Shown in pieces: positions 46,328 through 58,226 of a stretch of 64,000 bases of DNA. The DNA is from Epithemia pelagica. Taxonomy: Eukaryota; Protista; Bacillariophyta. Location of the stretch: assembly GCA_946965045.2 (NCBI GenBank), contig OX337239.1, positions 930,001-994,000 of the forward strand. The letters are read 5' to 3'. The translations under genes and the position numbers were made by a program. The notes beneath the pieces are model-generated. The model did no database searches, was not told the DNA's origin, and saw nothing but the letters and a program-made list of their open reading frames with translations. Position 1 is the stretch's first letter. Each line of letters begins with the position of its first letter.

Positions 46328-47093
46328 TAGTAGAACTCTCACCGAAAATCATCGGTTAGGTTCGGCACCTCATCGGCTAGTCGAGTCCCGTGGCTTCAAA
46401 CATCACCTACATCACCTACATCCACACTACATACCTAGCTTCGCGCTAGCTCAACCTATATTTCGGTCGCATATACCAAAAAGTGAGAACAGATTGACGA
46501 ACGTGCTATCAAGAATCAACTTTGGTCTTGATATCCCATCAACGGATGATCATCCGTTGAACATCCGAGCCTGACCTATGCCCTAAGCGTGCGCGCCCAA
46601 ATTTGTCAAGGTGCGCGCAAGAACTATCCGAGCGTGGCGATCATGTATCCGACCCAACGGTCTAAGTACACAAGGCACGAATCACGATCACGCGAGACCA
46701 TATCATCGTTCCCACTATTTCAAGATTGCAAACAAGGACGCGCCAACAAAACTACATATACCAACTTTAGCCAAGAATCGTTGAGGCTGTATATGATATA
46801 CAAGCACATATACATGTTATATACCTCACATACATCAACTCCAACCATTCCAGACCTATCACCGCCAAGAACCTATTTCACACGATCGACAACAAGAATG
46901 GAAATCTCACACACCAAACCTAGTAGTAAGCTCACAATCATTAACATTACCATATCATCACGTCTTCAGTGTCCTGACTATCCCTACGATAGAACCCTTG
47001 GGTTTCCTTTGTTCTCTGACCCGTGGAGAACCTTGGTATCAGTTGGTAATCGATTGTGGCTCTTCTAGAGCGTGTACTGACGGAATTCTACTA
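46328..47093 (+). repeat. Copia 5' LTR (TAGTAGAA...TTCTACTA)
   Basis: No differences seen versus 53790-54555; the ORF-track translations of the two copies are identical. Confidence 0.95.
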
Positions 47094-47105
47094 GATTAAC
47101 AGTCT
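47094..47105 (+). other. Putative primer-binding site GATTAACAGTCT, complementary to a tRNA-Asn(GUU) anticodon arm
   Basis: It abuts the 5' LTR; its reverse complement AGA-CT-GTT-AA-TC reads as a self-pairing anticodon stem-loop. Confidence 0.6.
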
Positions 47106-47132
47106 CACCTGTCTCATTTCCCCGAAGTTTTC

Positions 47133-47912
47133 ATGTCCAGTGACTCCAATACTCCTGTCTGTCGGATCTACAACGCTTTCCAGCAGAGTGGTGACCCAAC
47201 ACAGCAGATTGCCGTCCACCCTGGCGAATTCCTCATCGAGACGCCCTCTAACTCCCCGGAGAAGGCTAGCGCGCCTAATCCGTTCCAGACTCCCGATCAA
47301 GTCGTCCCTCCGCCGTCCGACCCGAATCGCCCGCCGAACACCCTTGCACGCCGACCGAGTACACCTCCTCGCCCGAACCCAACTCGCACCCGACGTACGA
47401 GCCGTCTCATCAACGCGCACCTCCGTTACTTCCGCGAGCCATCCGAGTATCAGAGCGACCCGGACCACATCCGTTCGACGCTCGAACACGAGGTCTCGTT
47501 CGAGTCCGTCCAACCCGTCGTCGACCTAGAGGATATCCAACGACTCCTAGACTTGTTATACCAATCTCCAAGCTACCGATACATAGCGACGACCCTATCG
47601 ACCACCCCATCAGGCTGCCTTCGGGTACGCTTCCTTACTTTCCAGCGTCCGGTCAATTACTTCCATACCATTTGGGTCGTGAACAAGACTAACCAACCTC
47701 TTCCTACCTTGACTACCCGTCTCGACGACTACGTTGGTTTCATCCACGTTATCAAGTTGCACCAGGACTTCCGTGCCACTATCTTCCCCCTACTCACCCA
47801 ACCAGTGAACCACCTAGTTGAGGACCACAACGGCAACGAAGAAGCTACCTCTGTTACTGAGTCTCCGATTCAACTTGATTACCACAACGAGCCCAGAAGT
47901 GACCACGTTTAA
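47133..47912 (+). CDS. Extra Pro-rich ORF of unknown function in the Copia leader
   Basis: 259-aa ATG-initiated ORF between the PBS and gag. Confidence 0.45.
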   Translation: MSSDSNTPVCRIYNAFQQSGDPTQQIAVHPGEFLIETPSNSPEKASAPNPFQTPDQVVPPPSDPNRPPNTLARRPSTPPRPNPTRTRRTSRLINAHLRYFREPSEYQSDPDHIRSTLEHEVSFESVQPVVDLEDIQRLLDLLYQSPSYRYIATTLSTTPSGCLRVRFLTFQRPVNYFHTIWVVNKTNQPLPTLTTRLDDYVGFIHVIKLHQDFRATIFPLLTQPVNHLVEDHNGNEEATSVTESPIQLDYHNEPRSDHV

Positions 47913-48125
47913 GTAATTTTAAGTAGTTTTCACACCAAACCAGAGACAAAACCGAGTTCCGCACATCCGGGTTACCTTTCGGACATCACATCACACGTGG
48001 ACATACGTGGCACATCCGGGTTTGCAAGGCACACCACACATCCGGGTTACAAGTTATAACTAAAGTTTTCGACTAAGACATCACAGGACACATATCAACA
48101 TATCTTATCACCAAGTCAAGCAATC

Positions 48126-51100
48126 ATGGAACCAACTACACCGACCACACCAGAGATCAACACCAATCAAAGTATATCTGATCAAGAAGTCTTTGATCAT
48201 ATTACTCAGGTGTTGTTCAACTTTTCCAAGGAAAGGGTCGATGTACTCGTGAAATGGATGCACCATCATGCTTTTGATGATATCCTTAGTATCATTGAAC
48301 ATATGGCAATTGACCCTGAGAAGAACATGGATAGTATGACAAAATACAAGTCAGGAAAACAAATGCACGACCTACATGTCAATACAAGCCAGCAGATCAA
48401 GTTGCTTGCCCATTGGTTCCGACAAACAAGTATCGACATTCAGGGTATACCTTCCAAGGCAACCTGGATGAATCTGACCAAGGCAGAATTTGATCTATGG
48501 AGGATAAACACTGACTTTCGCTCCGGAAGCCCTATCAATGACCCAGTATCACCTATGAAATCTCCATCCCATTCGACGTCACCCAAATCGTTTAGTACTA
48601 CTTCTGCTGCATCACAGTCCCAACTGGACCTAACCGCATTCAAGAAGGGAACCAAGCGTGACGCTATGGCATATGAAACATTCAAGGATGAACGATACTA
48701 CGACACGTTCTGGAGGACTTTCAAGACCACAGCAAAAGCCCAAGGTTTATCTAATGTTCTTGACTTCCGATACAAGCCGCCGACGAATGATACGTATGCA
48801 ACAGAACTTTTCCAAGAGCAACAAATCTTCCTATACTCCGTCCTTGTGCGCATCATCCAGACTGATCAAGGAAGAGCTTATGTTCGCGAACATGAACATG
48901 ATGAAGACGCACGAGCAGTGTTACAGAAGCTTCACACATTGCATACGAAGTCAGACTTAGCGAAACGAGAGGTCTTACGTTTACCAATTACATCTCCAAC
49001 CTTCGCCTCGATGATACATGGCGTGGATCATCACGTCAATTTCTGCTTCATTTCCAAGACAAACTACGTTTACTCGATAACCTTGTTGATCTCTCTGATC
49101 GCATACCTGATCACACCAGGATGACGTTTCTTATGCAAGCTGTCGAGAAGGTACCTGACCTTCGCAGAGTTAAAATCTTGGACAACGTCGTCAACACGAA
49201 GTCCGGAGCAAAGTCTTTATGTTATCAGTCGTACTTCTCCATTTTGATGGACGCAGCATATGACCATGATCAAGTCACGCAATCTTCTGCAACTGGTCGT
49301 CGTCGTAGTGTCAAGCAACACGAGCAACACGAAACACAACGTGATATTGAGGGATCCCTTCAGGAAGACGATGCATATCAGATAAACAATACCAATGTCC
49401 AAGATGATAACACGGCATCTCCAAAAGCCAGTCTTCCTCGTGACCTATGGTTTAAACTTCCTGAGGATGCTCGCAAGATGATTGTTGAGTATAACAAGAA
49501 CGTGCAAGCTTCTACTCCGAGTCCAAGAAAAGTACAGCAACACTCCCTTGACATTGATCCTGAACCTGATCCTGACCCTGGTCAAGATGTTTTCGATGAC
49601 CTGGACAACCCCACATATCTGCAGGATGATTCCGATCCAGCCACCCATCTCATCCATCAAGCAATGACGTCAACCGACCTCAATCACCCAGCTTCTGATT
49701 TGTCTAATGTTCTATCCAATGCCGCATCTAAGACGAGTAAGAAAGTTAGTTTCAAACAGAATGAGCACAAGCAGAAGGTCCACATGACTCAATATATGTT
49801 CTCTCGAAAGTCGACTTATACTGGGAATCAACTCATTGATCGTGGTGCCAATGGTGGTTTAGCCGGAGCTGATATGCGTATCCTTTCCAAGACAGGTCGT
49901 AACATCACGATTGTGGGAATCGACAACCATGAACTTACTGGTCTCCCCATTGTCACTTGTGCTGCCAAGTTTGAAACTAATGATGGACCAATCGTTGGTA
50001 TCTTCAACGAATATGCATACTATGGAAAAGGACAGTCTATACATGCGCCTTGTCAATTGGAACATTATGGGCTATCTGTGGATGAACGTTCTGTCAAGGT
50101 GGATGGAAAGCAACGTATCACTACCCTTGATGGACGTGCTTTACCTCTGTGTATCAAGGATGGACTTGCCTTTATCCACTCATTAGGTATCCCTTCTGAT
50201 GATGACATGGACCGATTGCCGCAAATCATCTTTACTTCGCCATCTACTTGGGACCCCTCTGTTCTTGACCATACTCATTCAGATCCACAGCATGATGCTT
50301 CTACTACATGGCATCAGGTTGCGACCGACGGCAGTATGGCACGTTATCCATATGACACGTATGGGGAGTACACTGATCGTGTTGTCTGCAATCTCAATCT
50401 TCTCCTTGACCTTCCTTATGACCACGGACCCGACAACACCACATATTTCTCTATCTATGCTGATGCTAATGGTGAAGACCCAACCCTTCAACATGCATCT
50501 GTCCATCGTCGTTATGTGGAAGAACATGATTGGAAACAATTTCATCCCTTCTTTGGTTGGCAATCCGAGGAAGTTATTGCCGATACTTTCAAGCATACTA
50601 CACGACATGCTAATGTGATTTTTGACTGTGACACTCTCAAGAAACATTTCAAGGCACGCAACCCTATCCTGAATCTACCACGTCGTCATGAACCCGTTGC
50701 TACCGATTCGATCTTTTCTGATACACCTGCTGTTGATCATGGTGGAAAGGTGGCTCAAATTTTTGTTGGCCGCGATACTCTTGTCACTGATATTTACGGT
50801 ATCAAGTCTACCAAGCAATTTGTGAACACTCTTCAAGACAATATACGCATGCGAGGTGTTATGGAGACACTCATTAGTGATGGGGGCTCATCTCTCATTT
50901 CCCATAAGGTTAAGGATATCCTTCGCACCTTGCTCATCGGGGAGTATCGCTCTGAACCATACCACCAGCATCAGAACAAAGCCGAGAATCGTTATCAGAC
51001 CGTTAAACGAATGACGAACGCTATCATGAATGCAACTGGATGCCCGGCCAATGTTTGGTTACTTTGCCTTGAATATGTCTGTGACTTATTGAATCATTCT

Positions 51101-53792
51101 TCTTCACATGCACACTCTGGACGTACTCCTATTGAGGCTCTCACCGGTCACCCTCCCGACATTTCGCACCTCCTGTTCTTTCCCTTCTGGGATGAAGTCT
51201 ACTATCGTGTTGACCCCTCCGAACCGTCGTCTGGTCCCTACCCTTCTTCGACCGATGAGAAACTTGGCCATTGGGTTGGTTTTGCTCACAACGTTGGTGA
51301 TGCTTTTACATGGAAGATTTTGTCTGCTGACAACCATATCCTCTACCGTTCCGCTGTTCGCCGTGTCGCTTCCACTACACCCAACCTTCGTGTGGATCGA
51401 CCTTCAGGGGAGACGTCTCCGAAAGATGACACTGATAAGCAGGCTGACACTGTCTTCATTCGCAGTAAAAGTGAAGATCCATCCAAACCAATGCCTACAA
51501 TCGATTACAAAGACATGATAGGACGCACTTTCCTATGCGACACTGAAGAAAATGGGGAGCGTCATCGAGCACGCGTTGTCAAACGAGTTGTAGATCTTAA
51601 TGAAGAATCACTCAAGCAAGAAGAACGCATCAAGTACATCTACCGCAAGACAACTTCTGACGTTGATGAAATGATCTCTTATAACCAGTTGATGGAGTAT
51701 ATTGAGAGGGACAATCAAGCGCAGACCTCGGGAGATAATTTGTTCCGTTTCAGGGATGTTATTGCACATCAAGGCCCACTGTCTTCAACCGACCCGGATT
51801 ATAAGGGGAGTAAGTATAACTTGCTTGTGGATTGGGAAACTGGGGAGACAACCTATGAACCACTCTCCCTTATTGCCAACGACGACCCAATCACCGTTGC
51901 CATATATGGAAAAAAAGCATGGGCTCCTCAACGAACCAGGATGGAAACACCTGAAACGCTACGTCAAGACGAGTAAACGCCTGATACGTGCTGCAAAACA
52001 ATCAAGGATCAAACAAGTACGTCGATCAGTCAAGTATAAGTTTGGATTCCAAGTCCCTCGAGATTACGCCGAGGCTGTCAATCTTGACAAACAAAATGGT
52101 ACCACAAGGTGGCAAGACGCAACTGAATTGGAACTGTCTCAGATACAATCATATGAGACATTCAAGGACCATGGGAAGGCCATCTTCACAAATGGCAAGG
52201 TATCAAATGCACCTGAGGGATATCAAAAGATTCGAGTGCATCTCGTTTTTGATGTGAAACATGATGGTAGGCACAAGGCACGACTTGTTGCAGATGGACA
52301 CTTGACGAAGGAACCTGTGGAAACAATCTACTCTGGAGTTGTTTCTATTCGCAACCTACGAATTGCTTTATTCCTTGGATCTCTGAACGATCTAGAAGTA
52401 TGGGGAGCAGACATTGGGAATGCGTATCTTGAAGCATTGACTGGGGAGAAGTTATATATTGTGGCAGGACCCGAGTTCAAGGAGCTAGAAGGTCACATCC
52501 TCATCATCTACAAGGCCCTCTATGGTCTCAAATCTTCAGGCGCACGATGGCATGATGTCCTTTTTGACGTCCTCACCGATATGGGTTTCTCACCAAGCAA
52601 GGCAGATCCTGACATTTGGATGAGAAAAGCACCTGGGGAGGATTGCTACGAATACATCGCCGTATATGTGGATGACTTAGCCATCATAGCCACTGACCCT
52701 GGAAACATTTGCAAAGTCTTCAAGGAAAAGTACAACTTCAAGCTTAAGGGAGATGGACCTATTGACTATCACCTGGGATGCCGGTACACCAAGGACCCTG
52801 ACGGAACCCTAGTCTCTGATCCACGCCGATACATTAGCAAAATGATGGACACCTTCGAACGTATCTTCAAAGAGAAACCCAAGAAGGCTAAAACCCCTCT
52901 CATTGCTGGTGATCACCCGGAATTGGACGACACCGAACTCCTTGATGAAGAAGGTACACAGCACTTTCAGACCTTGATTGGACAGCTTCAGTGGGTGATT
53001 ACAATTGGTCGCTTTGATGTTTTTACTGCTACGATGACCCTTTCCAGGTTCCGCGCAGCTCCAAGACAGGGACATCTCAACAGAGCTAAACGCATCTATG
53101 GATACCTTTTCAATCTTTCTGATGGTGCAATCAGATTCCGAATCGGAGAGCCCGATTTCTCAAGCATTCCAAGTCAAGACTTTGATTGGAGTCGTACGGT
53201 CTATTCAGATGCCAAGGAATACATCCCTCATGATTGCCCAGAACCACTTGGACGATATGTGACGACAACGCACTATGTTGATGCTAACCTTATGCACGAC
53301 ATGATCACAGGAAAGTCTGTAACAGCCATCCTGCATCTCTTGAATGGGACACCAATTGATTGGTACAGCAAACGACAGAGCACTGTGGAAACGGCAACAT
53401 ATGGATCAGAATTTGTGGCAGCAAGGACAGCAGTCGACCAAATCACTGAATTACGGCATTCACTTCGTTACCTTGGAGTACCAATCAGGGATCGCAGTTA
53501 TCTGTTTGGAGACAATCGATCTGTGGTTGTTAACGCAACAATGCCTCATTCTATCTTGTCCAAGAGACATCATCTCCTTTCATATCACCGGGTACGAGAA
53601 GCGATAGCAGCGCAATACGTTGCATTCTATTGGAAGGATGGGAAGACCAACCCTGCCGACATCCTCAGCAAGCATTGGGAATTTGCAACTATTTGGCCTC
53701 TACTCAAGCCCCTATTGTTTTGGAGAGGAGAAGTTCAAGATCTCTACGAATCCAGCGATGACAAGGCTGAACCAACGAGCTGTGGGGAGTAG
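48126..53792 (+). CDS. Copia gag-pol (gag, PR, IN, RT, RNase H) with a -1 shift near 48980 and a +1 shift in the A7 run at about 51910-51916
   Basis: LIDRGANGG, ATDSIFSD/ISDGG/QNKAENRY, KARLVADG, ADIGNAYL, LYGLKSSG, YVDDL, YVDANL, TYGSEF, GDNRSV and NPADILSK. Confidence 0.93.
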
Positions 53793-54555
53793 TAGAACTC
53801 TCACCGAAAATCATCGGTTAGGTTCGGCACCTCATCGGCTAGTCGAGTCCCGTGGCTTCAAACATCACCTACATCACCTACATCCACACTACATACCTAG
53901 CTTCGCGCTAGCTCAACCTATATTTCGGTCGCATATACCAAAAAGTGAGAACAGATTGACGAACGTGCTATCAAGAATCAACTTTGGTCTTGATATCCCA
54001 TCAACGGATGATCATCCGTTGAACATCCGAGCCTGACCTATGCCCTAAGCGTGCGCGCCCAAATTTGTCAAGGTGCGCGCAAGAACTATCCGAGCGTGGC
54101 GATCATGTATCCGACCCAACGGTCTAAGTACACAAGGCACGAATCACGATCACGCGAGACCATATCATCGTTCCCACTATTTCAAGATTGCAAACAAGGA
54201 CGCGCCAACAAAACTACATATACCAACTTTAGCCAAGAATCGTTGAGGCTGTATATGATATACAAGCACATATACATGTTATATACCTCACATACATCAA
54301 CTCCAACCATTCCAGACCTATCACCGCCAAGAACCTATTTCACACGATCGACAACAAGAATGGAAATCTCACACACCAAACCTAGTAGTAAGCTCACAAT
54401 CATTAACATTACCATATCATCACGTCTTCAGTGTCCTGACTATCCCTACGATAGAACCCTTGGGTTTCCTTTGTTCTCTGACCCGTGGAGAACCTTGGTA
54501 TCAGTTGGTAATCGATTGTGGCTCTTCTAGAGCGTGTACTGACGGAATTCTACTA
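53790..54555 (+). repeat. Copia 3' LTR, preceded by a short PPT (GGGGAG, 53784-53789)
   Basis: Direct repeat of the 5' LTR; its first three bases (TAG) are the pol stop codon. Confidence 0.95.
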
Positions 54556-56757
54556 ATGCGAGACGGAATTGCACCAATGTGGATTGGTGAGCGGCCATCG
54601 TACCGTCGACGACAACAAGCCAACAAGGATGCGAAGATGCGCAAATGCGAAAAGAAGAAGATATCGAAGGTTAGGCATCAAGGTTACATTGCACCGACAT
54701 CGAACATCAAATCCCTTACCAGTTTCTTCTCGGTACCAAAGGGAGAGGATGATATCCGAATGGTGTATGATGGGACAAAGAGCGGGCTTAATGCCGCGCT
54801 GTTTGCTTTTTGGTTTGGATTGAGCAACGTATCAGCAATGTTGAGAACTGTGGAAGCCAAGACGTGGTCGGCAGACAACAACTTCGGCGAAATGTTCTTA
54901 AATTTTTAAGTCCATCCGGATCTTCGTCCGTACACGGGTATCGATATATCAGAGTTGTTCCCGGATGAACTGAAGAGCAAGTATGGCAAGACCCGACTAT
55001 GGGAGGCTTGGACCCGATGCGCAATGGGTCTCACCACTTCGCCTTATCAAGCCACAAAATATGCTCAGAGGGTGAAGCGAATTATTTTTGGGGACAAGGA
55101 CGATCCAGATAATATCTTTGGATGGGTGGATGTACGGCTCAACCTTCCAGGGGGTGAGGATTACGACCCTTCACTGCCGTGGATCAGTAAAGTCCGGGCA
55201 AATGGTGATATAGCTGCCGATGTCCATCCATATGTGGACGACCTTCGGGAGACAGCCCCTTCTGAGGAAGAGGCTTGGAAGGCAGCAAACACCATGGCGA
55301 AGGGAGCGGCTCATTTCGGGTTGCAGGATGCGGCAAGAAAACGGAGAGAGCCGAGTAAAACACCTGGAGCATGGGCTGGAGCGGTGGTGGAAACAGCGGC
55401 AGCAGGTCAGGTGTTTAAGACCGTCTCTCAAGAGCGGTGGAACAAGACCAGGAACCATGTCAAGCAGCTGAAGGAATGGGCCGACGATGGTGGATTGGTG
55501 GATCGTAAGGAATTGGAAAGGATTCGGGGGTTTCTGGTATACGTCTCTTTGACGTTTGAAGTAATGGTGTCGTATTTGAAGGGCATTCATATGACATTAG
55601 AATCTTGGAGGGATGATAGAGATGAGGATGGGTGGAGACTGAATCCAAAGGACAGACGAAGAATAATTATGGAACGCAAGGACGAGAGGAAGCCTCCGCA
55701 ACGAGTGTCACAAGTGTCCCGGTTTAAAGGGGACGTAGAAGCGTTGGTTGAGCTCCCTAGAGGAGAAGAACCGCCTCGCATTCAAGCAAGACCAACAGTA
55801 GGAGCGAGCGTGGCCATGATTTTCGCCGACGCCTCTGGTGAAGGGTTTGGGTCATCCTTGTGGATATATGGGTCAACAAAGATCGACACGGAGCACGGTT
55901 TGTGGACACGGGCTTATGGGTCGCGGTCGTCCAGTTTCCGTGAATTGTACAATCTGGTGTTAAGATTGGAAGCGTTGGTTAGGGATGGGACAATTGCAAG
56001 AGGGACAGAGGTGTTTATGTTCACCGATAATTCGACGGCAGAATCCGCGTTTTATCGAGGAACGTCGTCCTCCCGTTTGTTATTTGAGTTGGTGCTCAGG
56101 ACGAGGAAATTGGAGATGGATGGACATGTGTTTGTGAAAGTGATCTGGGTGGCCGGAACAAGAATGATAGAACAAGGCACAGATGGGTTATCACGGGGAG
56201 ACCTCATGACTGGCGTGATGGCAGGTGCGAATATGTTACTCTAGGTACCTTTGAACAAGTCAGCGGTGGACCGACAAGAGGACGTCCTCCCGTGGTTGAA
56301 GTCATGTTGCCCCTCGATACCATGGCAAATGGTTGAGCCGAAGGATTGGTTTGATGCAGTTTTTGATGTGGGCTATTTCATTTGGGCACCACCACCGGCC
56401 ATAGCGGATGTGGCGGTGGATCAGCTGTGCGAGGCACGGCACATTAGAACAAACAACACAGGACACATATTCGTTTGCCCAGCGCTCATGACGAATTGTT
56501 GGAGAGAGAAACTGGGAAAAGTGGCGGACTTTGTGTTCACTGTTCCTGTTGGCTCGGAGTTGTGGGGGAAGTCTCAACATGAACCTTTGATTGTTGCTTT
56601 TGTCTGTCCTTTTTTGTGCAGGAAGCCTTGGCAACTCAAAAGGGAAGCCAGTTTATTGGAGCGAGTGGACAGGGAGCTGCCAGGGATGTGGACATCCGGT
56701 GCAACCGCTGTCCGGGATCTGCTGCGGAAACTTTGGACATTCGCGGGGCACGACTAA
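54556..56757 (+). pseudogene. YR element 2 pol, 3' part: RT, RNase H and a DIRS MT-like tail; stops at 54907 and 56242
   Basis: FFSVPKGEDDIRMVYDG, GEMFLNF, MGLTTSPY, YVDDLR, FADASGEGFG, RELYNL, FTDNSTAE, GTDGLSRG and WAPPPA. Confidence 0.88.
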
Positions 56758-58165
56758 GACTTGTCAAGGAATCTGGCACGCTGAATGTTATTGCCAGTTG
56801 GAAGCGGATCGGTTCCCGGTGTTTCAGGCGGAGGATCTGGACGACGCTTTGCTGGACAGCAAACTGCATTGTGAAATGGTGGACGATCCAAAGAGATTCC
56901 AAGAAGCGAGATCTGGTGATGACTTGATGGTGAGCTTCCAGTGCGACGATTGCACATTTTACAATATGCAAGGTCGATACCCTGGTGAAAGAGAGGAGGA
57001 TAAGTTGTTGTTGTTGTGTATCCGACGGGCAACATTGGATTCGTTTTGGTCCAGGGAGCGCACCACAGTGGAGAAGAACTGGCGAGAAATGAAGGGCTTT
57101 CTGGAAACAAGCAAAACGATGGGCTTGATGGAACCGTTACCGTACCGAGGACCCTTTCAAATTGCAGATGATATTGGCATGAACGTGGCATGCGTCATGC
57201 TTATGAAGACGCTCCGATAGGGTCGAAATGCAAAACATATACAGTTTGAAACTGCTAGAAAAGTCCGGTCGACAGTGTCCAATTTTGTGCACACGCTGCC
57301 TGGAGGAACTGGTCTTTCCACAGTTGGTCAGGGCGAGCGAGGAGGTCAATTCTTCAGTGCAAGCTCAACAAACTCATATTGGTTTCGACGGTTTATGGCT
57401 GGATGCCACAAAAGAATGGGGGATGTGTGGATCCCTGATCAAGCTGTTACTCTGGACGAGGTTCAAGCTGCCTTGGCGATTTTGGAGGAAGAATGGAACG
57501 CAGGAGCAATGAAACAGCAAAAATTGGAGCTCGCTTTGTCAGGAGCAATGGTTGTGGTTGGATTCGTTGCTGGTTTGAGAGGAGAGGAAATCCCACAGAT
57601 TGATGTGGGTCTCATGCGGAAATACTGGGAAGAGGGCCTGAATTATGAGCGAAAACCTCATGTGCCCCTCGCCCTCGCTGGAAGATTCAAACAAACGTCA
57701 GGAACTTTTCGCATCTTCATTCATCCCCTTGCAGATCGGACTGGCTCAGGTATTGAGGTACGCTGCTGGCTAGAGCGAGCAATTCGATGCATGGACAGCC
57801 AAGGCATCAAGACGGGGCCTTTGTTCCGTTCAGCAAGATGAAAGGGAAAGCCTGGGAGAGCAACGGTTGGCGATCTGGATAGCTTGCTTCACCCCCTGTG
57901 GAAGCGAGTTCAGCATCGCCATCCGACTTTGATTGGTGAGTCGATTAAGGTGGAAGAGGTTTATAGTGCTCGACGTTCGCTACGGCGAGGATCCACAACG
58001 GAAGCACAAAATCGCAAGATACCGATTGATGTCGTGGAAACAAACAATCGCTGGAAGAAGCACTTGAAAGGAAGGGGGGTCCTCCCCTCGATGACCATGG
58101 TGGAGCGGTACTCCGACGCCAAGGCATCCGTGGAAGCCTTGGTCAGATATTCAGAGATGATGTAA
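56591..58165 (+). pseudogene. YR element 2 tyrosine recombinase with in-frame stops at 57218 and 57839
   Basis: AGLRGEEI (R), RSLRRGSTTEA (xxxR box), NNRW and VERYSD (Y); three collinear ORFs in one frame. Confidence 0.85.
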
Positions 58166-58226
58166 GGTTGGGTCAAGAGGCTGGAAGATTCAGGAAATGT
58201 GATGAGGATTATGAACGACCACACGG

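Larger units (their letters stand above)
46328..54555 (+). mobile_element. Ty1/Copia LTR retrotransposon (CoDi-like), 8228 bp, with 5-bp TSD ATGCG (46323-46327 and 54556-54560)
   Basis: Two 766-bp LTRs, domain order PR-IN-RT-RH, and a TSD. Confidence 0.97.

Noticed and set aside
47034-47042. TGGTATCAG, resembling a tRNA-iMet PBS
   Set aside because: It lies inside the LTR (also present near 54496), matches only 9 nt and is not preceded by CA; the TSD and LTR alignment put the boundary about 50 bp downstream.
46589-47068. 159-aa ORF repeated at 54051-54530
   Set aside because: It starts at a non-ATG codon, lies wholly within the LTR and has no recognisable motif; the identity only reflects LTR identity.
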